Origin: Cetorhinus maximus
Lineage: Eukaryota
Assembly: GCF_964194155.1 (NCBI RefSeq)
Contig: NC_135899.1
Coordinates: forward strand, 11,098,001 to 11,162,000
Length of the DNA: 64,000 nucleotides
Reading direction: 5' to 3'
In this document: piece after piece, positions 26,032 to 38,250 of the stretch
Layout of the letters: every line of letters starts with the position of its first letter
How positions within the stretch are numbered: the first letter of the stretch is position 1
Made by a program: the position numbers and the translations under genes
The notes under the pieces: generated by a model
The model's input: the letters and a program-made list of their open reading frames with translations, nothing else
Databases searched by the model: none
Told to the model about the DNA's origin: nothing

Positions 26032-26164
26032 TGCTCTCCCGGCTGAAAGGGAAAAGATAGATCGAAGCTTTAGGATGTCCTTATGTTGTACTGTTGCTGC
26101 ACAAATCCAACTGACTGGATAAAAATACTGCTGCAACGCTGAGGTGTGAGTTGATGCACAGTGA

Positions 26165-26890
26165 GAGGACAGTGTAGAGGGAGCTTTATTCTGTATCTAA
26201 CCCCGTGCTGCACCTGCCCTGGGAGTGTTTGATGGGGACAATGTAGAGGGAGCTTTACTCTGTATCTAACCCGTGCTGCACCTGCCCTGGGAGTGTTTGA
26301 TGGGGACAGTGTAGAAGGAGCTTTACTCTGTATCTAACCCGTGCTGCACCTGCCCTGGGAGTGTTTGATGGGGACAGTGTAGAGGGAGCTTTACTCTGTA
26401 TCTAACCCGTGCTGTACCTGTCCTGGGAGTGTTGGATAGGGACAGTGTAGAGGGAGCTTTACTCTGTATCTAACCCCGTGCTGTACCGTCCTGGGAGTGT
26501 TTGATAGGACAGTGTAGAAGGAGCTTTACTCTGTATCTAACCCGTGCTGCACCTGCCCTGGGAGTGTTTGATGGGGACAGTGTAGAAGGAGCTTTACTCT
26601 GTATCTAACCTGTGCTGCACCTGTCCTGGGAGTGTTGGATGGGGACAGTGTAGAAGGAGCTTTACTCTGTATCTAACCTGTGCTGCACCTGCCCTGGGAG
26701 TGTTTGATGGGAACAGTGTAGAAGGAGCTTTACCCTGTATCTAACCCGTGCTGCACCTGCCCTGGGAGTGTTTGATGGGGACAATGTAGAAGGAGCTTTA
26801 CTCTGTATCTAACCCGTGCTGCACCTGCCCTGGGAGTGTTTGATGGGGACAATGTAGAAGGAGCTTTACCCTGTATCTAACTCCATGCTG
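26165..26890 (+). repeat. ~68-bp minisatellite (GGGACAGTGTAGAAGGAGCTTTACTCTGTATCTAACCCGTGCTGCACCTGCCCTGGGAGTGTTTGATG), ~10.5 copies
   Basis: Directly visible tandem array in the predicted intron 1 of copy 2. Confidence 0.95.
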
Positions 26891-27739
26891 TACCTATGTT
26901 CAGGGAACAGTTGAGACAGAGGTCTGTATCGAATCCCTGAGGTCTGATAGCATGGACACAAGTGTAGCTGTTGTAATGCAGGCAAACACAGAAGCCAATG
27001 CACAGTAAGATCCCACAAACAGCAAATGAGATCATGGTTTTTTTTTTTCTTTTCATCAGCCAGCTCCCTTGCTGGTTTTTTAATAGTGCGCGTGCGATCA
27101 ATAACATTTCACCTGAGAGGGCAGGTGGGGCAAAGATTTTAACTTCGGGGTTCCGCCTGACACAGGGTGAAGGAAAACTGAAGTAAACAACCCGAGGCGG
27201 GGGAAGGGCCAATCCAGCAAACGAGGGTCGCCAAAAATCCACTCAACGCGTTTTGATCAATGCCGCCTCCCCATGCCGAGCAGCCTTCAGAGCCATTTCT
27301 TCCATCGAGCCGCCTCACCCGGGAAATCCACGCCAGGTAATTAAAGAAAACACTCAGAGAGAAGCGGCGAGCAACCGAGCTGAACCCTCAGCAAATGAAT
27401 TCCCTACCCCCTTGCACCACACAGGTGGCAGTGCCCCTTTAATTAAAGGGACCAGCAATAGCAGCTCCTTCATCCCAATCTTCCTGCACCTCAGCTAAAG
27501 GGTGGCGCTGCCCCTTTAAGAAACCAACATTTAAAGGGACCAGCAACCGACTTCCCAACCGTCCCCCAATAAACCGCCTGCCGATTGGGGAGGTGTTCGG
27601 TCCCTTTAAGAAAGGGTGGATTAAAGGAATGGGCGCCTCCCGAAGGCTGGGAGGGAGAAGCTGAAGTGTCCGTGCCCGGGTCTCCCCTCCACCTCCCCTT
27701 CCACCCGCTCCCCCCTCCCCGGTCTCCCCCCGGACTCAC

Positions 27740-27875
27740 CGGGCGGAGCGGCAGCGGTTCCGACGTTGCTGCAGTCTCCGACGGGTGGCCGACCGAAACA
27801 CCGCGGACGCACCCCCAACCCCCCCAAGCTTCCAGCGGCCTGGCGGGCCGACCAGCCGCAGCTCCGGAGTTTCCA
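27740..27875 (-). other. ZBTB12: Putative non-coding first exon and CpG island of ZBTB12-like copy 2
   Basis: G|GTGAGT donor at 27739; shares gggtggccgaccgaaac, gggccgaccagccgcagc and ccggagtttcca blocks with 16440-16560. Confidence 0.65.
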
Positions 27876-29479
27876 ACCAGAAGGACAAAAAAACCCAGTC
27901 AAACTTGGGGAATGGCTGATATTGGGTCCGAACTGGAGTTCCATATTTAGAAGGTATACAAGACCAGTTCGGACCAGTACCTGTCATTTCCCAAGTTTTA
28001 CTGGCTTTCCCTTCCTCTCCCCTCCTCTTTCCCCCGACTCCAGACCCCACCTGCACACCAAATAGGACATATCGGCGGAGGGGATGCCCAAACCTGAAAA
28101 AAAATGGCCAAATCAACCCCCCACACCAATCACCGCAACCTGTTGTGATCAATTTTTCAATTGCTTGCTGGCACAGAACTTGAACCAGGACGCCGTTTAA
28201 AAATTAAGGGTCTCCCGTTTAAGACTGAGATGAGGAGGGTTGTTAGTCTGTGCAATTCTCTTCCCCAGAGCTAAAGCAATAGATGCTGGGTCATTGAATG
28301 TTTTTAAGGTTAAGTTAGTTAGATTCTTGTCTAACAAGGGAGTGAGTCAAAGGTTATCGGGCGTAGACAGGAAAGTAGAGTTAAGGCCACAATGAGATCA
28401 GCCATGATCTTATATGGCCGAGCAGGCTCAAGGGGCCGAATGGCCTACTCCTGCTCCTAATTCATATGTATGTGTGAATGTTCCTGTGAGTTGACTTGCC
28501 AACCAGTCAGCACCCCTTTTCTAATAAAAACAGAAAGTGCCGGAATAACTTTGCAGGTCTGGCAGCATCTGTGGAGAGAGATAAACAGGGTTAACATTTC
28601 GAGTGCAATATGACTTCTTCGGAACTGGCTTGTAGTTCCGATGAACAGTCATATTGGTCTCAGAAGGTTAACTCTGTTTTTCTCTCTCCACAGATGCTGC
28701 CAGGCCTGCAGAGTTCTTCCAGCACTTTCTGTTTTTATTTCAGACCTCAAGCATTCGCAGTATTTTGCTTTTATTTTGGCACCCCTTTCCTCCTGTAATA
28801 TAAATAGCTGTGATCCTTTGAAATTTGGCATTCTTGCATCTGTCCAGATGAGTGCAAGATGAAAACCTTTGGTCGAGTCTCTCTCTTTTAAGAAATTATT
28901 TGCATTTCTCCAATGGTCAGTATTTGATTGTGTCTGTCTGTTGCCTGATTCTGTCTTTAACTCCTCTCAGGTAACACAGTCACGTGTGAAATTAATGTTG
29001 TAAGGGGCTTAACTATAGCTGACACTGTCTGCGGCAGTAGTAGTGTGGCTAAGCGTGTCAGCTCTTCGGCTGGGTGAATCTGCGAGGTCCTTTAGCTTGA
29101 AGTTGGACTGATGAAGATGAACTAACTGACCATCTGGAGATGTGTAGAGATCGGTGAGCAGATGCTGACGTGGTTAACAATATAGTCAGCGCTTTGTGAT
29201 CGGTTTGGAACTTCACATATAGTCAAAAATTGAACAATTGAACACTACACCACTCAACCACCCGCCCTACCATAACCTGCACCTAATGAGAACCCTGTCG
29301 TTTTGGTTAAAAATTTGGATCCCTTTGGATCATTGCCGTTCACATCGATCCCAAGTCCCAAATCGGTGTTCAGATGAACTCTCAACCCATGATCCCAGTG
29401 TGGACCACACACAAGGTTGCTCACTGATATCACATGGCAAGACATCGGGAGCCTGCACATCTCATTGTAACAAAGGCAT

Positions 29480-30425
29480 CTTCGACAGTGCGACGTTCTC
29501 TCAGTACTGGAAATCCGACACTGCAGCACTCCCTCAGGGATGAACCTGCAACAGTGTGGTGCTGCCTCAGTACTGACACTCCAACAGTGCACCATTCCCT
29601 CAGTATTGACCCTCCGACAGTGCGGCACTCCCTCAATACTGGACCTCGGACAGCACAGCACTCCCTCAGTACTGACCCTCTGACAATGCACCATTCCCTC
29701 AGCATTGACCCTCCGACAGTGCAACACTTCCTCAGTACTGACTGGCTGATGGTGCAGCACTCCCTCAGTACTGGCCCTCGGATAGTGCAGCACTCCCTGA
29801 GTGCTGACACTCCGACATTGCAGTGCTTCCTCAGTACTGACTCTCCAACAGTGCAGTACTCACTCATTAAACACCCACCAAACGTGCAGCACTCCATCAG
29901 TACTGACCCTTGGACAGTGCACTCGCTCAGTACTGACCATCTGACAATGGAACTCTCGGTCAGTGCTGACCCTGCAACAGGGTAGCACTCCCTCAGTACT
30001 GACCCGCCAACATTGCAGTGGTCCCCCAGTTCTGACCCTCAAATGTGCAGCACTTCAAAAGTACTGATCCTTTGACAGTGCAGCACTCCCTCAGTCCTGA
30101 TCTCCAACAGTGCAGCACTCCCTCAGTACTGACCCTCTGACAGTGCAGCACTCCCTCAGTCCTGATCTCCAACAGTGCAGCACTCCCTCAGTACTGACCC
30201 TCTTACAGTGCAGCACTCCGTCAGTACTGATCCTCCGACAGTGCAGCACACCCTCAGTACTGATCCTTCGACAGTGCAGCACTCCTTCAGTACTGAACCT
30301 CCGACAGTGCAGCACTCCTTCAATAGTGAGCCTCCGACAGTGCAGCACTCCCTCAGTACTGACCCTCTGACAGTACAACACTCCCTCAGTGCTGACCCCC
30401 CAACAATTCAGCAGTCCCTCAGTAC
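29480..30425 (-). repeat. 33-bp satellite array (CAGTGCAGCACTCCCTCAGTACTGACCCTCCGA), ~28 diverged copies, embedded in a minus-strand Deu-SINE (~29440-30510)
   Basis: Tandem array whose flanks continue into SINE sequence on both sides. Confidence 0.9.
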
Positions 30426-30833
30426 TACAGGTCTCAGCCTGGATTGTGTGTTCAAGTCTCTTTAACCAGAATTGAACTCACGTCTTTTTGACTGAGAACG
30501 GAGAGCACTACTCCTTACATATTGATGGGTAAGTGTAGGAACAAAGGATGGAGGATCAGGAAGAGAAGCCAACAGATGTTGAGGGTATGTCGGAGTGTTA
30601 GCAGGTTGTTATGGAACTGGAGCTGCAGAGAATGGAGAAAAGAATTGTGGAGAGTATCAGCTCCTCCTGGGAAGTTGAGGAGCCTTGGAGGTCCCATATT
30701 TACCTCATCCATGAGCAACCTCATTCCTTGCCTCTTTACCTATTTCCATGCCAACGCTTCCGTAGGCTGCGTACCTCCAAATATTCCTCTGCCAAACTGG
30801 AACAACTCTGTGGAATTGTTCTGTACTTCGGAG

Positions 30834-32630
30834 AATACTGAAGGATTGCTGCACTGTCGGAGGGTCAGTATTGAAGGAGTGCTGCACTGTCGGAGAATCA
30901 GTACTGAGGGAGTGCTGCAGTGTCAGAGGATCCGTACTGAAGGAGTGCTGCACTGTCGGAGGGTCAGTACTGAGGGTGTGCATCACTGTCGGAGGGTCAG
31001 TACTGAAGGAGTGCTGCACTGTCGGAGGATCAGTACTGAAGGAGTGCTGCACTGTCAGAGGATCAGTACTGAGGGAGTTCTGCAATGTCAGAGGATCAGT
31101 ATTGAGGGAGTGCTGCACTGTCGGAGGGTCAGTATTGAAGGAGTGCTGCACTGTCGGAGGATCAGTACTGAAGGAGTGCTGCACTGTTAGAGGGTCAGTA
31201 CTGAGGGAGTGCTGCACTGTCGGAGGATCAGTACTGAAGGAGTGCTGCAATGTCGGAGGATCAGTACTGAGGGAGTGCTGCACTGTCAGGGGGTCAGTAC
31301 TGAAGGAGTGCTGCACTATTAGAGGGTCAGTACTGAGGGAGTGCTGCACTGTCAGAGGATCAGTACTGAAGGAGTGCTGCACTGTCGGAAGATCAGTACT
31401 GAGGGAGTGCTGCACTGTTGGCAGATCAGTACTGAAGGAGTGCTGCACTGTTGGTGGATCAGTACTGAAGGAGTGCTGCACTGTCGGAGGGTCAGTACTG
31501 AGGGAGTGCTGCACTGTCGGAGGATCAGTACTGAAGGAGTGCTGCACTTTCGGAAGGTCAGTACTGAAGGAGTGCTGCATTGTCGGAGGGTCAGTACTGA
31601 AGGAGTGCTGCCCTGTCGGAGGGTCAGTACTGAGGGAGCGTTGCGCTGTCGGAGGGTCAGTACTGTAGGAGTGCTGCACTGTCGGCGGATCAGTACTGAA
31701 GGAGTGCTGCACTGTCGGAGGGTCAGTACTGAAGGAGTGCTGCACTGTCAGAGGGTCAGTACTGAAGGAGTGCTGCACTGTCGGAAGGTCAGTACTGAAG
31801 GAGTGCTGCACTGTTGGAGGGTCAGTACTGAAGGAGTGCTGCACTGTCGGAGGGTCAGTACTGAAGGAGTGCTGCACTGTCGGAGGGTCAATAGTGAAGG
31901 AGTGCTGCACTGTCGGAGGGTCAGTACTGAGGGAGTGCTGCACTGTCGGAGTGTCAGTACTGAAGCAGTGCTGCACTGTCGGAGGGTCAGTACTGAAGAA
32001 GTGCAGCACTGTCGGAGGGTCAGTACTGAGGGAGTGCTGCACTGTCAGAGGCAGTACTGAAGGAGTGCTGCACTGTCGGAGGATCAGTACTGAGGGAGTG
32101 CTGCACTGTTGAAGGGTCAGTCCTGAAGGCGTGCTGCACTGTCGGAGGATCAGTACTGAAGGAGTGCAGCACTGTCGGAGGGTCAGTAGTGAAACAGTGC
32201 TGCACTGTTGGAGGGTCAGTACTGAGGGAGTGCTGCACTGTCGGAGGGTCAGTAGTGAAGCAGTGCTGCACTGTCGGAGGGTCAGTACTGAGGGAGTGCT
32301 GCACTGTCGGAGGGTCAGTACTGAGGGAGTGCTGCACTGTTGGAGGGTCAGTCCTGAAGGCGTGCTGCACTGTCGGAGGATCAGTACTGAGGGAGTGCTG
32401 CACTGTCGGAGGGTCAGTAGTGAAGCAGTGCTGCACTGTTGGAGGGTCAGTACTGAGGGAGTGCTGCACAGTCGGAGGGTCAGTACTGAGGGAGTGCTGC
32501 ACTGTCGGAGGGTCAGTACTGAGCGAGTGCTGCACTGTCGGAGGGTCAGTACTGAGCGAGTGCTGCACTGTCGGAGGGTCAGTACTGAGGGAGTGCTGCT
32601 CTGTCGAGGATCAGTACTGAAGGAGTGCTG
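30834..32630 (+). repeat. Same 33-bp satellite in the opposite orientation (AGTACTGAGGGAGTGCTGCACTGTCGGAGGGTC), ~54 copies
   Basis: Directly visible; reverse complement of the 29480-30425 array. Confidence 0.95.
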
Positions 32631-34989
32631 CATGTTTGGGTGATGGCATTTTGCAGTCAGCAGGTGATGGGTCCGAGGCCCTGGTTCCTGCAGTTCCGAG
32701 CTCGTAACCCACATTGGCACTTCAGGGCACCGGAAGATTTTTGAATGTTCAGGAATTCAGGAGGTGATGTGAGGACTTTGGCGGGTTCACAGGGATGAAT
32801 AAAATTCATGGTATGAACCATGGAGGTTAATAGCAGAGGAGGAGGCCATTCAGTCATCACTACCCTTGCTGCCTCGGTCCAAAACCAATCCCACTGCCCC
32901 TTAACCCTATATCAATCCCAGACTAATCCCACTGTCTCCTTTTACCTGCACACACCCACAAATAACTCTGTAACTTTCTCTATTGCAAATATTTACCTAG
33001 TTTTGTCTGAATTGTTGGAATGATCAATGCTGTGACCACTCACTCTGCTGTTCCAGTTCCAACAATCCTTTACAAATTTCTGTGAGTCTCCCAACATTCT
33101 CTGAGTGAGCATTTCAAATTGTCATCATCGGTCTGTCCCTCAATTCGAGGGTGACTTCTACCCTAGGTCTGGAGTCAGGTATTTATTAATCAGTTTGAAA
33201 TTAAATTCCAGCAGCTCCTCTGCCCAGAGTATTGGTTTGAGCCTCTGGATTACTCGTCCAGTGATATCACCACTACCCCACCATTTCCCCACAACACTCC
33301 TACACGGCATTGCAAAAGGACTTCATTAAGCACTTTGAGGCATTGTTGAAAGGTGCTTACAGAAATGCAAATCTTTCTTTTGTCAAACATGCAATAATCC
33401 CAGTACAATTCTTCTTCACTAAGCTGCATTATTCTCCCATTTATTGCTCAGTGATTACTTCCTCATTCTCGAAGCTTTTGACTCCTTGCTGGGGGCTGAG
33501 GACTGGAGTCCAAGTCAATGCTCGTCAGTTGCCCTGTGGAGAGGGGCAGTTTCCCTCGGGGTTGTAGTCTCACCAGTGTTCAGTGAGTGTCCGCTGTCAT
33601 AGCTCCTGGGAGCGGAGTCTTTTCATAGTGGGCCTTCCCAACACAACACCCAATACTGGTGGCAAGGAGGAGGAAAGGAACAATATAACTGTTGTATATG
33701 TTATATCTTGGCTCTATGTAGAGATGACACACCAGCTTATGTGTGTAGGAACTTTAATTTACAGTGCTTTAAAATGTCTCCTCCATGCTTCAGCTCTGGC
33801 TTCCAGCTCTTTCTACAGTTTGTTTATTTTTCTGAGTCCACAGCCAGGCCTAAACAATCAAGCACAGTGAGCACCAATAGTAAACAGATTCACATAATCA
33901 AACATGAAAAAATTGAACACTGCCACGACGGAGACTAATACCCGCACCCCTCCAACAGGGATTGCCAGGAAACCTGACCATGAGGGAGGGGTTGGGAAAG
34001 AACTGATTCTAATTCCTGAATGGCCTATCCAAGATCAAACACATCTGGCCTGACTGGAGAGTGGAAGTCTGTAGGTCAGTTTTAAAAAAAAAATGTATTC
34101 TTGGGAGCGCCACTGATTGGCCAGCATTTATTGTCCATCCCCAATTGCCCTTGAGAAGGTGGTGGTGAGCCGGCTTCTTCAACAGCTGCAGTCCATGTGG
34201 TGAGTTTGGGGAGGGAGTCCTAGCGACGATGAAGGAACAGTGGTGTAGATCCAAGTCAGGGTGGTGTATGGCTTGGAGGAGAAATTGCAGGTGGTGGTGT
34301 TCCCATGCGCCTGCTGCCCTTGTCCTTCTAGGTGGTAGAATTTCAGGTTTGGAAGGTGCTGTCGAAGGAGCCTTGGTGCATCGTTGTAGTGCATCTTGTA
34401 TATAGCTACTAGCATGCGTCGGTGGTGGAAGGACTAAATGTTGAAGGTGGTGGATGGTGTGCTGGTCAAGTGGGCTGCTTTGTCCTGGATAGTGTCAAGC
34501 TTCTGGAGTGTTGTTAGAACTGCACTCATCCTGGCAAGTGAATAGTACTCCATCACACTCCTGACTTGTGCCTTATAGGTGGTGGACAGGCTTTGGAGAG
34601 TGAGGAAGTGAGTTACTTGTTGCAGAATTGCCAACCTCTGACCTGCCCTTGTAGCCACAGTACTTATATGGCTGGCCCAGTTCAGTTTCTGGTACTTGAT
34701 AGGGTAGACGTAGAGAAGATGTTTCCACTGTGGATGAGAGCAGAACTAGAGGCCATCAGTATATGACAGTCACTAATAAATCCATTTGGGAATTCAGGAG
34801 AATCTTCTTTACTCTCAGAGTGATGAGAATGTGAAACTTGCTCCCACAGGGAGTGGTTGAGGTGAACAGGATGGATGATTGCTTTCCTGGGCTTGAAATT
34901 ACTACTTTGTTAATTAATACTTAATTAATTTGTGAGTAAGCGGATCAGTTGGTTTAGGCTATTCACAATGAGGTAAAATACAATCTTTC

Positions 34990-36735
34990 ACATCCCTGTG
35001 CGCAGTTTTGGTTGTTATATTAAAGGAAGGATATACTTGCAGTGGAGGCGGTACAGTGAAGTTTCACTGAATTGGTCCCTGGGATGAGGGGTTGTCCTAT
35101 GGTGAGAGGCTGAGTAAACTGGGTCTATATTCTCTGGAGTTTAGAAGAATGAGAGGTGATCTCATTGAAACCTACGAAATTCTGGAGGGAGTTGACAGGG
35201 TGGACACTGAGATTGTTTCCCCTGGTCAGAGAATCTAAAACACGGGGGCACAATCTCAGGATAAAGGGCCGATCATTTAGGACTGAGATGAGGAGAAATT
35301 ACTTTACTCAAAGGATTGTGAATCTTTGGACTTCTCTACCCCAGAGGGTTGTGGATGCTGCATCATTGAATATACTTAGGGCTGGGATAGACAGATTGTT
35401 GGTCTCTCGAGGAATTAAGGGATATGGGAGCGGGTGGGAAAGTGGAGTTGAAGCCCAAGTTAAGGCATGTTAATAACGAATAGCGGAACAGCCTTGACGG
35501 GCCGAATGGTCTACTCCAGCTCCTATCTTGTGTGTTCTGGTGTACCTTCAAAGATATTTTGGCAGCCCAGTGAGAGACGACATTCTGGACAAATTTGCCA
35601 GTGTTTGCCTTTCCGGCGCACGATTCTGCGAGGATAGAGAATGCCAGAAATATTTTCATTACGGATTTCTATAACTTCATTCTTGGGATGTGGGGTGGCA
35701 CCTGCAAGGACGGCATTTGATGCCCATCCGCCTGAGTTGCCCCGAGAGGTGGGTCGTCTTTCTGATAGCGGATTGGCACAGAGGGCAGTCAAAGGGTCGA
35801 CCTCCTCATTGTGGGCCTGGAGTCACATATAAACCCAGACCTGGGTAAGGACGGCAGATCTCAAAATTTGTGGCTGATACAAAACTTGGAAGCATTGTGA
35901 ACTGTGAGGAGGATAGTGATAAACTTAAAAAGGACACAGGCAGGTTGGCGGAATGGGCAGTCAAGGGGCAGATGAAATTTCATGACAAGAAGTGTGAAGT
36001 GATTCATATGGGTAGGAAGAACGCAAGAGAGACTAGATAAAATAAAGGGTACAATTATAAAGAGGGTGCAGGAGCAGGGGGACCTGGGTGTGTATGTGCA
36101 TCATTGAAGGTGGCAGCACAGGTTAAGAGTACGGTTTAAGAAGCATACAGAATGCTAAGTTTTATTAACAGGGGCATAGAGTATAAAAGCAAGGAAGTTA
36201 TGTTAAACCTGTATAAAACACTGGTTCAGCCTTAACTGGAGTATTGCACGCAGTTCTGGACACCGCACTTTAGGAAATATGTGAAGGCATTAGAGAATGC
36301 GATTCACGAGAATGCTTCCAGGGATGAGGACCTTCAGTTACATAGATTGAAGAAACTGGGACTGTTTTCTTTGGATAAGTGAAGGATGGGAGGAGATTTG
36401 ATAGAGGTATTCAAAATCATGAGGGGTCTGGACAGAGTAGATAGGGAGAAACTGTTCCCATTGGTGGAAAGGTCAAGTGCCAGAAGGCACAGACCTAGGA
36501 TGATTGGCAAAAGAAACAAAGGCGACATGAGGAAAAACCTTTTCGCGCAGCGAGTGGGTGGGGTCTTGCGTGCACTACCCGAGAGTGTGGTGGAGGCAGG
36601 GTCGATTGAGGCTTTCAAAAGGCACCATCGCTGTATCAATTTGCAAGGCTGCAGGTAAAAGGCAGGGGAGTGGCAGTAGGTGACCAGCTCCTTTAGAGGG
36701 CCAGTACAGACAGGACAGGCTGAATGGATTCCTTC
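34990..36735 (+). mobile_element. CR1-like LINE 3' fragments (two copies)
   Basis: GDLIEVFKIMRGLDRVDREKLFPL and FRTEMRRNYFTQR peptides. Confidence 0.8.
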
Positions 36736-37086
36736 CCTGAGGGGACATTGGTGAACCAGTGGGTTTTTAATGACAGATTAACATTCATTTTTAATGATGA
36801 CTTTGTTATTTAATCATTTAATTAATTTTTTTAATCGATTGAATTTAAGTTGAATCCTCGAACTGCCACACTGGGATTGGAACTCACACTCCCTGGATGA
36901 TTAGTCCAGTAACAAAACTGGAAAAACCTATGGTCACAACGGAGAGAATCGCTGTTCAGCCTATGGAACTGCACCACAAAAAAGCCTGAAATTGGAAGAC
37001 TCAAATACTCATCAAGGATTACAACAATTAATTCAATGTAATTTGACACAAAATACCGATTTAACATTCCATCATTGATGAATGTG

Positions 37087-37390
37087 GGGAGGCGATGGCG
37101 TAGTGGTATTGTCACTGGGCTAGTAATCCAGAGACCCAGGGTAATGCTTTGGGGACCAGGGTTCAAATCCCCCCACAGCAGGTGGTGGAACTTGAATTCA
37201 ATAAAAATCTGGAATTAAAAGTCTAATGAAACCATTGACAATTGTTGTAAAAACCCATCTAGTTCACTAATGCCCTTTAGGGAAGGAAATTCTGCTACAT
37301 GTGACTTCAGACCCACAGCAATGCGGTTGACTCTTAAATACCCTCTGAACAAGGCCAATTAGGGATGGGCAATAAATGCTGGCCTAGCAT
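37087..37390 (+). mobile_element. tRNA-derived SINE family A (also ~498-709, 4880-5180 (-), 10645-10975, 47495-47830, 49928-50280)
   Basis: A-box TGGCGTAGTGG, B-box GGTTCAAATCC, and a 3' tail gcaattagggatgggcaataaatgctggcc shared with the L2/Crack-like LINE. Confidence 0.75.
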
Positions 37391-37959
37391 GTGCACATAG
37401 ATTAATTCGCACCCACTGTAACAAGCACCTTCAGGAGAGCTTCTAAAGTATTCTCCCCTACTTTTAAGGGCAAAACTCATAGCACTGTTGCCCTGAGTCT
37501 GCAGGTTGAGTACCACACAAATCTAGGCTGACACGTCCGCGGCAGCACTGAGGGAGCGCCAAACAGTCAGAGGCATCGTCTCTCGGATCAGATGTTAAAC
37601 TGAAGCACCCCCTCCCCCACCCCCACCCCGTCTGCTTTCCCAGTTGGACTGTTTGGAAGAAGAGCAGGGGAGTTCTCCCCAGTGTCCAGAACTAAACATA
37701 TAACTGTCAGTCAACATTGCTAAAAATCAGCAGATAATCCAGACGTTGTCACGCTGCTTTTCTTGCATTGTTTTTTTAAGAATTATTTCATTGGCTGTAA
37801 AGCTCTTTGGGATGTTCTGAGGTTGTGAAGGGAGAGGTAGAAATGAAAGCCTTTCTCCATCTTTCCACTTCCTCCGCATAAGAAACACACGGCCCTTTCT
37901 GGAAGAGGAACTAGCTTGAGAAAAGGCCGCAGACCGAGGAGGACTCCGACCCTGGTCCA

Positions 37960-38250
37960 CAGGGTGAGGGAGACCCCAGCACCAGTCCGCAGAGTCAGAG
38001 AGACCACGACGCCAGTCTGCAGAGCGAGGGAGACCCCAACAGCAGTCCTCAGAGCGAGGGAGACCCCAATACCAATCCATAGAGCAAGGGAGACCAGTCC
38101 GCAGAGCATGGGAGACCCCAACACCAGTCCGCGGAGCGAGCGCGACCCCAATACCAATCCAGAGTGAGGGAGGCCAGTCCACAGAGCGAGGAAGACCAGT
38201 CTGCAGCGCGAGGCAGACCCTGGTGGCAATCCACAGAGCAAGGGACTCCT
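37960..38250. repeat. Degenerate ~20-30 bp tandem repeat immediately 3' of the ZBTB copy 3 stop codon
   Basis: Repeated gcagagcgagggagaccccaacaccagtcc-like units. Confidence 0.75.

Noticed and set aside
25027-26046. Long antisense ORFs over the ZBTB genes (also 9262-9990 and 38323-39345)
   Set aside because: Expected shadow ORFs of very high GC3 coding sequence.
20565-26890. Regular repeats resembling CRISPR arrays
   Set aside because: This is eukaryotic DNA with no unique spacers or cas genes; they are ordinary minisatellites.
30515-30830. Coding-looking spacer between the inverted arrays (MELELQRMEKRIVES...)
   Set aside because: Short, with no recognisable homology or convincing splice context; cannot be supported without a search.
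30705-32720. 671-aa ORF and overlapping Cys/His-rich ORFs
   Set aside because: They are translations of a 33-bp satellite (a multiple of 3 with few stops); there is no splice or domain support.
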